Below are positions 19,634-29,129 of a stretch of DNA of 64,000 bases, one piece after another. Source of the DNA: Syntrophales bacterium (GTDB taxonomy: Bacteria; Desulfobacterota; Syntrophia; Syntrophales; PHBD01). Made by a program: the position numbers and the translations under genes. Position 1 is the stretch's first letter; each line of letters begins with the position of its first letter. The stretch is from assembly GCA_963668175.1 (NCBI GenBank), contig OY764159.1:3488001-3552000 (forward strand), in the 5' to 3' direction. The notes under the pieces were generated by a model. The model worked only from the letters and a program-made list of their open reading frames with translations. It did not search any database and was not told where the DNA came from.

Positions 19634-21499
19634 TTACGGTTGCGTAGGCGTCACGTTCCACGGCCTGGAAAACTGAAATATCTGCGCAGCGCTCCTGTAG
19701 TTGCGGGGATACTTTTGCATGGCGGCCTTCATTTCCGCCGTCACCCCTTCGACCGTCATTTCTGCGTTGCTCATTCCGATCTTCGCCTTCTCGAAGTCTG
19801 CATCGAACACGATCATCTTGGGTGAGTCCGACCCGTTAGTCCATTTCCCCCAGCGCGGCAGGCGCGACTTTGGGGGATTCGGGTCGCCCGTCCGGGCAAA
19901 CTGTGCGATATAGGCCATAATGGCATCCTGAAGGTCCTTCCGACCCGCTTCATTTGCCTGAGTAAAACCCGAATAGGACCGGTTCCCCAGGCTATGTTTG
20001 GTTCCGAAAAAGAAGGATAGTTCCCAGGCATGGGCCGCGCCGAAAACGAAACTGAACGGATAGGATCCCGAACCGTCTTCCCCCCACCGGAACAGATACG
20101 CATACACCGCATTCTGGGCCAGGCTCAGCTCGTGCGCCACCGTGTCCACATATTTGGCCCTCCAGTTACGGCTGCCGAAGAAACCGGCGTCACGATAGAA
20201 ATCCCTGTCCATCGGCGACGGGAGTACATCCTCGATCGTCAGCGGCCCTCCGTCCGCCTTCAATTTGCCGCCGAGAACATCCGGCAGATCGGACCATGTG
20301 TAATCGCCCGAAGGGATGCCGGACTGCTTGACCATGCTTCCGTATCTGGGCATGAACAGCTTGCTCTCCGATTCCGTACCGCCCAGGATGATCGGAACCT
20401 TATTGTATTTTCCGGCCTTGATCGCCGGGATCCATCCCCCGACCGGCATGACCGCACCGTCGTTGACGGCCGGATAATCCCAGGTCACATCGTATTTGTA
20501 GAGCGCCAGGAAAAAATCTTGCGCATCGACTTTCCGCAGATAGGCCGTCAAGATACCATCCTTCTCCATGGTTATTCTGCGTTGTTCAGCGGCAACCTGA
20601 TCGAGACCTTCCTTGAGCCGGATAAGCTGTTCGACGATGAAATTCGCCTGCTTTTGCGCCACCTCGGCGGTCATGGTCTGCATCCCGCCGCTCTGGGACA
20701 TGGCCCTCTGAAAGAGCCCTTTGCCGAGCGGCGAGATCACGAGATTCATGACATTATGGGCGCCCGCCGATTCGCCTGTTATCAGTACGCGCCGGGGATC
20801 TCCGCCGAAAGCGGCGATGTTCTTCTGAATCCAATTAAGCGCGCAAACGGTGTCCAGGGTCCCGAAGTTGCCGGAATCGGTCAGCGGGTCTGCCCCTCTC
20901 GTCCGGAGTGCCGGCTGATAGAGCCACCCCATGGGCCCGAGTCTATACTGGATCGCCACGACAACCATGTTCGAGCGCTTCGCCAGGGTCTTGCCGTCAA
21001 AACTGAAATCCTCCATGGAGCCCTTGTAATTGGCGCCGCCGTGAATCCATACGTAAACCGGAAGCTTCTCCTTCGGAGATGACAGGCGCTGCGGTCTGTA
21101 GATGTTCAGGTAGAGGCAATCCTCGCATCCCTCCACTTTCCCCGTGCGAATCCCTTCCTCCGTCGTCGCCAGCTGCGTGCAAGCACTTGGCCGGGAGACG
21201 GCCGAGCGAACCCCGCGCCAGGGGGACGCTTCGCGCGGCGCCTTCCAGCGCAATTCGCCGACCGGCGGCGCAGCATAGGGAACGCCGCGCCAAATTATCG
21301 CGCCGTCGCTCACATAGCCTTTCATCCAGCCCTGCTGCGTCCGAACGGTTGCGGAAAAGTCCTTTGCGGCGAATACGCCGACGGGAGAGAGGCAAATGCT
21401 TACGCCCAGATAAAATGGAAGTACCAGGAAAAAGCCCGGTAACCGTCTCGATCTCTTTTTCGACGTCTTTTGTATGTCGCGCTTCATGGGCTGATTCAT
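19634..21499 (-). CDS. Exported type-B carboxylesterase (paralogue of 14429..16738, without the N-terminal domain)
   Basis: Basic N-region plus hydrophobic signal segment; 'WRGVPYAAPPVGELRWKAP', 'EDCLYLNIY', 'WIHGG', 'GESAGA', 'GGTESE', 'AAHAWE'; start is 21499 or 21487. Confidence 0.9.
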   Translation of the reverse strand: MNQPMKRDIQKTSKKRSRRLPGFFLVLPFYLGVSICLSPVGVFAAKDFSATVRTQQGWMKGYVSDGAIIWRGVPYAAPPVGELRWKAPREASPWRGVRSAVSRPSACTQLATTEEGIRTGKVEGCEDCLYLNIYRPQRLSSPKEKLPVYVWIHGGANYKGSMEDFSFDGKTLAKRSNMVVVAIQYRLGPMGWLYQPALRTRGADPLTDSGNFGTLDTVCALNWIQKNIAAFGGDPRRVLITGESAGAHNVMNLVISPLGKGLFQRAMSQSGGMQTMTAEVAQKQANFIVEQLIRLKEGLDQVAAEQRRITMEKDGILTAYLRKVDAQDFFLALYKYDVTWDYPAVNDGAVMPVGGWIPAIKAGKYNKVPIILGGTESESKLFMPRYGSMVKQSGIPSGDYTWSDLPDVLGGKLKADGGPLTIEDVLPSPMDRDFYRDAGFFGSRNWRAKYVDTVAHELSLAQNAVYAYLFRWGEDGSGSYPFSFVFGAAHAWELSFFFGTKHSLGNRSYSGFTQANEAGRKDLQDAIMAYIAQFARTGDPNPPKSRLPRWGKWTNGSDSPKMIVFDADFEKAKIGMSNAEMTVEGVTAEMKAAMQKYPRNYRSAAQIFQFSRPWNVTPTQP

Positions 21500-21820
21500 C
21501 TCCTCCCGTTGGCCTGCTAACGGCCGAATGAATTTTCGATAGACGACACCCCGGCGGTGATCCTGAAAGGCATCACCGGTGTACTCGAATTCTTCACGAT
21601 TACGGCATGGATCTCGTTTTACATCGGACTGCCCGTTGGAACGCGGCGCGAATACCGCATAGGCTGACAGAAGTAAAGGGCAAACGCCGGGCGAAACCCC
21701 GCGCTCTTTCGACGATCTCCATCGAAGGCATTCCATTCCACCCGTGAGCGCACCGCCGGCAGTAAGCGTCTTTTAAGATCGGCGACGGCGTGTGCTTTGC
21801 CCGCAAGCAGCGATCGCACG

Positions 21821-23497
21821 TCAGGGATTCAGCGTATAGGCGACGATAACGCTCTTGGTCCGAGCCAGAGAGCCGGGATTCGTGACCAGTGCGAGAACAA
21901 GCTCCGGTTTACCGTCGCCGTTGATATCCCTGATCTGCATATCGGCGATATAGCCCTTGATCTTTTTCGTCTTACCCCTCTCCAGCAATGCCTTCCCTGT
22001 CCAGATAAAATCGTGGACCTCGCTTGAGGAAAAAACCTTCAAGTTGGAAAAAACACGGGCGACGGTGGAGATATTCTTGGCGACAACGATGTGCTTCCTG
22101 TCATCCCCGCCAGCCTCCGCGCAACCGATCATCCTGATATTGACCGGCGTTGCCGGTGGCACGATCTCCGTCTTCGATAATACTTTTTGCAGGGAGTCGA
22201 AAGTGTTGCTGCTGCCGCCGAACTGGTCCTCGCTTGTCCAGAGCAATTCCTTCGGCGTCTGCAGGCCGATGAGCGACGTGACCAGTTTGTCCGTTTCTTC
22301 AAACACCCTTAAATAATCGAGCTCGTCCAACGCGATGATGCCGCTGGATGCCATCCCGGACAGCGATTGTATCAGGACATCGTAGACGGAAAGTCCGCGC
22401 GGTATTTTGACGGTTCCGCCTTCCTCAAATTTGCCGTTTCGCCAGACGATCTCAAAGATTGGCGTATTGAAGGCCTCCCTGTTTCCGATTGTCTGGCCGG
22501 TCAGGACCGATTTGCCTTGTATTTCCTGAACCCGGAGTAACCATGGCAATTTCGTGTCCGTTTTGACAAACGTACCGCCCTTATATTCCAGAACGAACGA
22601 CTCGGGAATGCCTCTATTAATGCCCGTAACAAAAATCTGCGGCACCCCTGTCCCCTTGATATCGGCGATATCGACGGCCAGATAACGGTCATACGATCTG
22701 CCCCCGGCCTTATGGAGCAGTTTGAATTCGCCGTTTTCTTCCCTGTAAATCCTCACATTCTGCTTGTCGATGGCCACGATCTTGTTTCGTCCGTCCCCGG
22801 TGACGTCGCCGACGGCCATGCCAATGAGCTCTACGGGGGTCTCCTCGCTTATGGAAAATCCCTTGCGCTCGGAAACGGGCGGAGGCATGACGATCCAGTC
22901 CGTCTCAATGGCCTCCAGGAAGCTCGCGCTCTTCGACTTCGGCGGCTGCGCCACGGCGCTTCCCTGGACGGCGGGCGCTGCCGCCTGACCGGGCAAGGCT
23001 CCGGCGGCGACTGCCCCGGCCGGTTCCTTGCCTTCCAGGATATACGAAGCTGCCGAGCCGGCCAACTTTGTGACCTGGGGAATGATGTCGTCCATGGTCT
23101 GGCTTTGCGTAAAAATGTAGATGGGCGGCTTGTCGACAGCCGTATCGAGGATACGGCCGTCGACGCTTACGCCGGGTCCAAGTTTGGTGATGGTCCCCCA
23201 GATGACGTAATCAACCTTGAGTTTCTTGCCCACCTGGGACGCACTCGATACGGTCAAATCCTTCATTGCCGTTTTTTCCAGGGCAGCCTCCACGTCGTGT
23301 CTGCTCAACACTTCGATCTTGCCGGCCGCGGCAATTCTGGAAATCAACATATCCGTAACACCCGCCTGGATATAACCCAGATTCTCGGAACTGTTCGCCG
23401 CAAACGGCAAGACGGCGACGCGTTTGACACCAGACGCCGCAAGGGCGGCCGACGTCATCAGGATTATACCGGCCAACACCAATAGGAACTTTTTCAT
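21821..23497 (-). CDS. Periplasmic FG-GAP/VCBS-repeat protein with N-terminal TolB-N/CsgG-like domain
   Basis: Signal peptide; 'VAVLPF...DMLISRIA' N-domain; Ala/Pro linker; DxxGxG repeats (DVTGDG, DIKGTG, DINGDG). Confidence 0.75.
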   Translation of the reverse strand: MKKFLLVLAGIILMTSAALAASGVKRVAVLPFAANSSENLGYIQAGVTDMLISRIAAAGKIEVLSRHDVEAALEKTAMKDLTVSSASQVGKKLKVDYVIWGTITKLGPGVSVDGRILDTAVDKPPIYIFTQSQTMDDIIPQVTKLAGSAASYILEGKEPAGAVAAGALPGQAAAPAVQGSAVAQPPKSKSASFLEAIETDWIVMPPPVSERKGFSISEETPVELIGMAVGDVTGDGRNKIVAIDKQNVRIYREENGEFKLLHKAGGRSYDRYLAVDIADIKGTGVPQIFVTGINRGIPESFVLEYKGGTFVKTDTKLPWLLRVQEIQGKSVLTGQTIGNREAFNTPIFEIVWRNGKFEEGGTVKIPRGLSVYDVLIQSLSGMASSGIIALDELDYLRVFEETDKLVTSLIGLQTPKELLWTSEDQFGGSSNTFDSLQKVLSKTEIVPPATPVNIRMIGCAEAGGDDRKHIVVAKNISTVARVFSNLKVFSSSEVHDFIWTGKALLERGKTKKIKGYIADMQIRDINGDGKPELVLALVTNPGSLARTKSVIVAYTLNP

Positions 23498-23565
23498 CTT
23501 TCTTCTCCTCGTGCATAATCACTGATCCCATGCACGGCTTCCGCCCGTACAGACACCCGGGACGT

Positions 23566-24948
23566 TCAGAATGTCAAGGTCAGCTTGTGCATGATCAGCC
23601 AGTCGTTGGATACCTGGGTATTGGCGTCCGTTCCCTTCCAGGCGTCGCCCGCCCACAGGTAGCCGAAACCGACCGTGTAGCTCAGGTTGTCATTGATCTT
23701 ATAATTTCCCGTAACATCCACTTCATCGCCGAGCTTGGTGCTGAGATAGCCGGTTGGTTTTCTGTCCATTTCGGCGTGGTTATACGTGACCTGGATACCA
23801 AGTTTCTCCATCGGATTCAAGCCGAAATAGGCCTGGCTCATCTGCAGGTTCGTGGCTCCGTTGTTCACATAGGTGTCCCCGAGGGGCTGCGCGCTGCCGC
23901 CCATTCCCAGCGGTCCCATATATTTATCGCGATCAGGATTGACCAGGATCAACGCCATGTGCAAGTCGCGTCCCGATGTCCCGATGGCTTCCTGCTTGTT
24001 CGTCGTGCCGGGATCTTCACCCATGACATACAGGAAAGCGCCGCCCAAATATGCGGGGCCGTAAGTATACCTGGCATGCGCATAGAGATTATAGCCCTGC
24101 AAATCCCTGTCCTGGACGAACGGTGACGGACTCTGGAATTCAATGCGCCCATCCAGGTAGATGCCCTTCGCTTCGACAAACAGCGGGCCAAACGTCGCCC
24201 TGGCGTAAGGTTCGATGTAATAATAGCGCGTGCGCGTTCCGTATGTCGCGAGCGATTTGTTCGTATCGTTTATATGGTAGGCGATTTCCGCGCCGCAATC
24301 CCACCTCGGTCTTGTGTAGATCATGGTATACTTCCAGCGGTTGTCGTCGACATCCGCCCCGGTACCGTATACGGGAGAACCGGCAGCGTACGTCAATTCT
24401 TTCTCATTGAATTTTACATAACCGATCTGGTGATACCAGTTGCCGAAGCCCAGGCCGTACAGGATCATGTTGCGCGGTATATCGTCGCTCCCAAAGGGCG
24501 CACCGAACGTCGTCCCGCCGGCTGCGGCATTCCCCGGTATCGCGCCGACCGTCAGCGTGCCGGGCCCCAACTTCGCCGTCATATAAAGGGTATCGAACTC
24601 GACGTTCTCCCGCTGAAGCTTGGTCGTCGAATAGGCGCGGTCCTGTTCGACGGTATCGCCCCATATCTTGTCGAGAATCCTTGCTCTCGAATTGACTTCG
24701 AGGCCGTCCGCCACTTTCAGCCGCCCATTCAGAAGCAGCATGCTGTCTTGAAATGTAACCGAATTGCTCTGGGTGGTCGAATTGTTCTTCAGGCTGTGGC
24801 GGTCCTCGGACCATCCCTCGTACTTATACTGACCGCTGACTTGTATATCCACTGCCATGGCCTTGGGACTGAAAGACAGGGCAAGTCCCGCGGCTAGCAG
24901 CAACAGCAGAAGATTTTTCGTGTAGCAGGCATCCAAAATTTTCTTCAT
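23566..24948 (-). CDS. Outer-membrane beta-barrel porin (deltaproteobacterial type)
   Basis: Signal peptide ending AMA, alternating amphipathic strands, 'LGDEVDV..NYKINDNL', C-terminal Phe (HKLTLTF); ATG after AGGAGGAG. Confidence 0.8.
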   Translation of the reverse strand: MKKILDACYTKNLLLLLLAAGLALSFSPKAMAVDIQVSGQYKYEGWSEDRHSLKNNSTTQSNSVTFQDSMLLLNGRLKVADGLEVNSRARILDKIWGDTVEQDRAYSTTKLQRENVEFDTLYMTAKLGPGTLTVGAIPGNAAAGGTTFGAPFGSDDIPRNMILYGLGFGNWYHQIGYVKFNEKELTYAAGSPVYGTGADVDDNRWKYTMIYTRPRWDCGAEIAYHINDTNKSLATYGTRTRYYYIEPYARATFGPLFVEAKGIYLDGRIEFQSPSPFVQDRDLQGYNLYAHARYTYGPAYLGGAFLYVMGEDPGTTNKQEAIGTSGRDLHMALILVNPDRDKYMGPLGMGGSAQPLGDTYVNNGATNLQMSQAYFGLNPMEKLGIQVTYNHAEMDRKPTGYLSTKLGDEVDVTGNYKINDNLSYTVGFGYLWAGDAWKGTDANTQVSNDWLIMHKLTLTF

Positions 24949-25323
24949 GTCTCCTCCTGAATCCATTGAACTTTCGATCTTAAACGCGTTACCCGTTCAT
25001 ATACTTTGATGCATTCCAGCTTAAACCCGATATCAACATAAACCCGTTATGTGGGAACAACGATCCGCTCACCTCCTTTAACAGCCCATATTCAGCATAA
25101 CAAGTTCATCTCTTCAATAATGATTTTTCATACGCAATCAAACGGTTAAGAATATCTCAAAGGCCCCGTCAATACGGACGATAATATAAGAAGAACAACA
25201 GCCCGTTCATTTTATACGCTTGACTGTATCGCTTCCTCTCCCGCAGACGGACGGCAGATAGACCACGCCGGTCACGTAAGGTTCATTCCACGGGTTTTAC
25301 CTTCAGAAACTGGATGATATGGG

Positions 25324-25339
25324 TGCTATGCAATCGCCA
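25324..25339 (-). promoter_or_regulatory. Candidate sigma54 promoter upstream of the porin
   Basis: Minus strand TGGCGA-TTGCA-TAGCA has correct GG/GC spacing; the motif AACGATATATTGT shared with the thiolase promoter lies 79 nt upstream (25418-25430). Confidence 0.55.
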
Positions 25340-25486
25340 TACCCAAGGAGAGGATCGGCAATCCCTTATCTTTTCAATGTGATACGGATTGCCTCTGAAA
25401 TAACGCGGGGCACGAATAACGATATATTGTTTTTAATCGTGAAATATCAAGAATACGCTTGATTTGAAGTGATGGAGAAAGGATCT

Positions 25487-26095
25487 TCAGCGTGCAGAGC
25501 GGGTGGGTTTTCGGAATGGCTTCTTCTTTCGCTCCGGAAGCAGGAATCCCTGGACGATTCTGTTGCTGCCGTCGCGCATCAGCTCGACGATCCGCTCGTC
25601 GCTGAATTGCTGCGTCTGCATCCAGTTCTTGAGCGATGCTACGCCGTGAACAAATATCCACAACAGAAAGTTGAGGTGGCGCAACTGCCTTGTCGTCAGG
25701 CCCTTCACGCGCGGGTCGCTCGCGAGTTCCTCGATGTGCTGGTCGAACGTAGCATCCCCGTATTTTGCCTGCCAGGCGCTGTGTCTCTCATCGTTGATGG
25801 CCTGAAACAAGTGCGACTCCTCGCGGGCGAACATGACGTAGCCGATGCCCCGGTCCTGGGTGCTGTCGCCCGTATAAGGTTTTGACTGGTATTCCTTGAG
25901 CAGGGCCATCGCCTTCTTCACAATCTCCTCTTCCAGATCGACCATCGATTTAAACTGGTGATAAATCGGCATGGTCGACAGATTGAGCTCTTTGGCGATG
26001 GATCTTGCGGAAAGCTTCGTCCAGCCGTGCCTGCGCACGACATTGAACGCCGCTTCGATGATTTCTTGCTGTGAGACTTTAAGGCTTGCAGGCAT
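25487..26095 (-). CDS. TetR/AcrR family regulator (copy 1)
   Basis: HTH 'LSARSIAKELNLSTMPIYHQFKS', C-terminal 'WIFVHGVASL'; start 26095 by homology to copy 2 (26107 possible). Confidence 0.92.
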   Translation of the reverse strand: MPASLKVSQQEIIEAAFNVVRRHGWTKLSARSIAKELNLSTMPIYHQFKSMVDLEEEIVKKAMALLKEYQSKPYTGDSTQDRGIGYVMFAREESHLFQAINDERHSAWQAKYGDATFDQHIEELASDPRVKGLTTRQLRHLNFLLWIFVHGVASLKNWMQTQQFSDERIVELMRDGSNRIVQGFLLPERKKKPFRKPTRSAR

Positions 26096-26270
26096 AGAAT
26101 GCGCCATCCGGTATCAAAGATTCTTACCTGCTTTGTTTATATAATGCCGTATCTTTTGCCAAGCACTTTTTTACGGATGCCCTCCGAAAAAAACGAATGC
26201 CCCCGCAGCGACGGACACAAAACAAGGGACAGACGCTTCGTTCGGCCCGCCGATTCCCCGCTGCGGCCCT

Positions 26271-27317
26271 TCATGATGCGCCTTCCGCTCCGCATTGGTT
26301 GAAGCCGTTGACGATGCTCCGTCTCTGGATGCCCAGTTTCTTCATCCGGGCAAAAAGCGTGTTGGGATTGATCTCCAGAATCTCGGCGGCTCCCCCGACG
26401 CCGGTCACCCTTCCGCCTGTTCTTTTCAATACGCCGATGATATGCTTCTGCTCAAGTTCCCTCAGGCTCAAGGACGGCGATTCCGTCTCCAGCGGAACTT
26501 CGTCATGTCTGAGTTCGGGAACCGCAAAGCAGCTTCCCTGGCTCATGATAACGCCCCGCTCGACGACATTTTCCAGTTCCCTTACGTTTCCCGGCCAATC
26601 GTAAGCAAGCAGCTTGTTCATCTCTTTTTGCGGTATGTGCTTCAGGACCTTGCAAAACCTGGCGGAGTAGATTTCCAGAAAATGCTGGGCCAGAAGCGGA
26701 ATGTCCTCCTTCCGCTGCCGCAGCGGCGGCACGTAAATGGGGAAGACATTAAGACGGTAGAACAGGTCCTGACGAAACCGGCCGGACTCGACGTCCTTCC
26801 TCAAATCCCGGTTCGTCGCCACCACCAGGCGGAAATCGGAACGGAGGGTCATATAGCCGCCGACGCGCTCAAATTCCTTGTACTGCAGAACCCTGAGCAG
26901 TTTGACCTGCACTTCCGGCAGGACATCGCCGATTTCGTCCAGGAAGATGGTCCCGCGGTCGGCCATCTCGAATCTTCCGACCTTCCTCGAAACGGCACCC
27001 GTGAACGCCCCTTTTTCATGGCCGAAAAGTTCGCTCGTTATCAGACTTTCCGGCAGAGCGCTGCAGTTCACCTTGACAAAGGGGTTGCTGCGACGTTGGC
27101 TGCGCCCGTGAATGGCGCTCGCTACGATCTCCTTCCCCACCCCTGTTTCGCCCAGGATAAGAACCGTGACATCGGTTTTTGCGACCTGTTCCACCTGCCC
27201 GAGCACCTTGGCGATGCCGGGACTCTTTCCGATAAATTCCTCGTTGCAGCCGTTCTGTTCGTTCTTCTTCTCTTCGTAACGGAATTCCCTTGATTGCTTC
27301 TCTAACATGGACCGCAT
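26271..27317 (-). CDS. sigma54-dependent transcriptional activator (AAA+ and Fis-type HTH) with no N-terminal sensor domain
   Basis: 'GETGVGKE', 'ELFGHEKGAFTGA', 'FLDEIG', 'FRQDLFYRL', 'WPGNVREL', C-terminal HTH; AAAGGAGG RBS only about 27 codons before the AAA+ domain. Confidence 0.93.
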   Translation of the reverse strand: MRSMLEKQSREFRYEEKKNEQNGCNEEFIGKSPGIAKVLGQVEQVAKTDVTVLILGETGVGKEIVASAIHGRSQRRSNPFVKVNCSALPESLITSELFGHEKGAFTGAVSRKVGRFEMADRGTIFLDEIGDVLPEVQVKLLRVLQYKEFERVGGYMTLRSDFRLVVATNRDLRKDVESGRFRQDLFYRLNVFPIYVPPLRQRKEDIPLLAQHFLEIYSARFCKVLKHIPQKEMNKLLAYDWPGNVRELENVVERGVIMSQGSCFAVPELRHDEVPLETESPSLSLRELEQKHIIGVLKRTGGRVTGVGGAAEILEINPNTLFARMKKLGIQRRSIVNGFNQCGAEGAS

Positions 27318-27412
27318 TGGCCTCCTTTACTCATGAAAACACGACGGTGACCCGGCGGGAACATCCCCTCCCCGCCTGATTGCAGTTTTGTGATATTGAC
27401 CCGAAAACGCTC

Positions 27413-29107
27413 TCATCTTTTCTTCTTCAGCATGACCAGACCGCGGCCGGCCGTGGGCAGATAGATATCCCCTTCCGGACCGACGGTCATGGGACAGGGC
27501 ATTTCAAGACCCGGATGGTGGCCGATGACATTCGAGCGAACGGGAAGACCGACGGCAATGACTTTCAGCGCCAGATTCCCGGTATGGATGCGTACGAGCT
27601 TGCCTCCCGCATCGTCCATGGCGAGAAGATTTCCCCGCCCGTCGTTCGCCAATGCGCCGAATTTACCCAATCCGACGACGACGATCTCAGTTTTTCCGGT
27701 TTTCATATCCACTTTGCTGATCCGGGCGGCCTTGCCCTCCGACACGTACATCGTATCGCCGATGATGGCCAGGGCCAGCGGCCCTTCCAGTCCTTCTGCC
27801 AGGATCTTCTTCCCGCCGTCGTCAAGGCCGATGGACAGGATCTTTCCGGAACCGTATTCGGCCACATAGACCGTAGATCGGTCCCCGGACATGACCATGG
27901 CCACGGGCCGGTTCAGGGATTCGACAGCGCCGACAATAGTCCGGAACCCTCCCCGCACAGGGTCCCCTATCGCCAGTGTCCCGGCAAAGGGTTCGAGCCA
28001 CAGGATCTGGTCGCCCGGTCCGTCGGACAGGATGCCGGGAACGGGCATATTGTCGGTCACGGCATAAGGATTGATCGCGGATTTGACATATTTTCCGCCC
28101 TCCGCGCTGCGAATCATGATGTTGTCCGCCACCCAGAGCTTTCCGTTCTTCAACAGGACCCCGGTGATCGTGTTGATGCCCTCGGGAAAGAGCGTCCTGA
28201 ACTTTCCGCTGCCGTCCGTCGCGACCTCGTACACGGTCGCATCCCACCAGTTGGTCACGTACAGCCGGCCGTCAGGGGCGAACGCCAGATTGTCCAATCC
28301 CGGCGGTAATTGGGCGATCTTCTCCTTTTTCTCTCCGTCAAGGCTCAGCCGGTACAGCGCACCGGAAATTTCCTGCGTGTATGCCTTCTTGTCCGGGCCG
28401 ACCTTGAGGGCGACCGGCCTCTGAAATCCGCCGGCGATTTTCGTGAGCGCCCCCGATTCCGGATTCACGCGGTATATTTTCCCTGTCCCCATGTCCGGAA
28501 CAATCAAATCATTCGTGTCCGGATCGAAGTCGAACCCTTCGGGAACAACGAGCCTGGCCTTTTCGAGGAGCCGGGGTTCCCTGATCCCGGCGGGATCGAG
28601 TTCGAAAACGCGGTTCCCCTGGAAACACTCGCTCATGAAAAGGCGACCCGTACGCTTATTGTACTGAATGCCGTTGGGTGCCCGGAGTCCCCGGGCGATG
28701 ACCGACTTCATGCCTTGTCTGTCGATGCGATAAACCTCCCCCACGACCGGACTCATGCCCGTGGCATAGAGATTTCCCTTATCGTCGGCGGTGACGTCGT
28801 CCAGATAAAAGGCGCCCGCATATGAAGGAACGAACGGCGCGATTTTCAACGTCTTGAGGTCTATGCGCGATACCGAGCTGTCTCCCGTATGAACGACATA
28901 GAGCGCACCGTCCGGCCCCGCAATGGCCCCGTTGCAACCCGTCATGACCGTATCGCCGGCGATCCTGACGATGCTGTAAGCGGAATCGACCGCCTTCGGC
29001 TTCGAGTCATCGCCGGCCGCTATCGCATACGTTCCGAAAAGCATGAGCATTCCGGCAAGCAGTACGTGCATCATTCGTTTCATCGACAATACGGCTCTCT
29101 TTCTCAT
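27413..29107 (-). CDS. Exported double beta-propeller protein (SMP-30/gluconolactonase / NHL-repeat-like)
   Basis: Signal peptide; repeated 'GPDGALYV', 'DDKGNLYA', 'PNGIQY', 'LDNLAFAPDGRLYV', 'GPEGDIY' blades. Confidence 0.75.
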   Translation of the reverse strand: MRKRAVLSMKRMMHVLLAGMLMLFGTYAIAAGDDSKPKAVDSAYSIVRIAGDTVMTGCNGAIAGPDGALYVVHTGDSSVSRIDLKTLKIAPFVPSYAGAFYLDDVTADDKGNLYATGMSPVVGEVYRIDRQGMKSVIARGLRAPNGIQYNKRTGRLFMSECFQGNRVFELDPAGIREPRLLEKARLVVPEGFDFDPDTNDLIVPDMGTGKIYRVNPESGALTKIAGGFQRPVALKVGPDKKAYTQEISGALYRLSLDGEKKEKIAQLPPGLDNLAFAPDGRLYVTNWWDATVYEVATDGSGKFRTLFPEGINTITGVLLKNGKLWVADNIMIRSAEGGKYVKSAINPYAVTDNMPVPGILSDGPGDQILWLEPFAGTLAIGDPVRGGFRTIVGAVESLNRPVAMVMSGDRSTVYVAEYGSGKILSIGLDDGGKKILAEGLEGPLALAIIGDTMYVSEGKAARISKVDMKTGKTEIVVVGLGKFGALANDGRGNLLAMDDAGGKLVRIHTGNLALKVIAVGLPVRSNVIGHHPGLEMPCPMTVGPEGDIYLPTAGRGLVMLKKKR

Positions 29108-29129
29108 TTATCGTGAACCTCCGACTAGT

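Noticed and set aside
21675..21710. GGCAAAC...GAAA hairpin reminiscent of a c-di-GMP-I (GEMM) riboswitch
   Set aside because: It lacks the following GACGCAAAGC segment and second stem, and it is antisense to the flanking genes.
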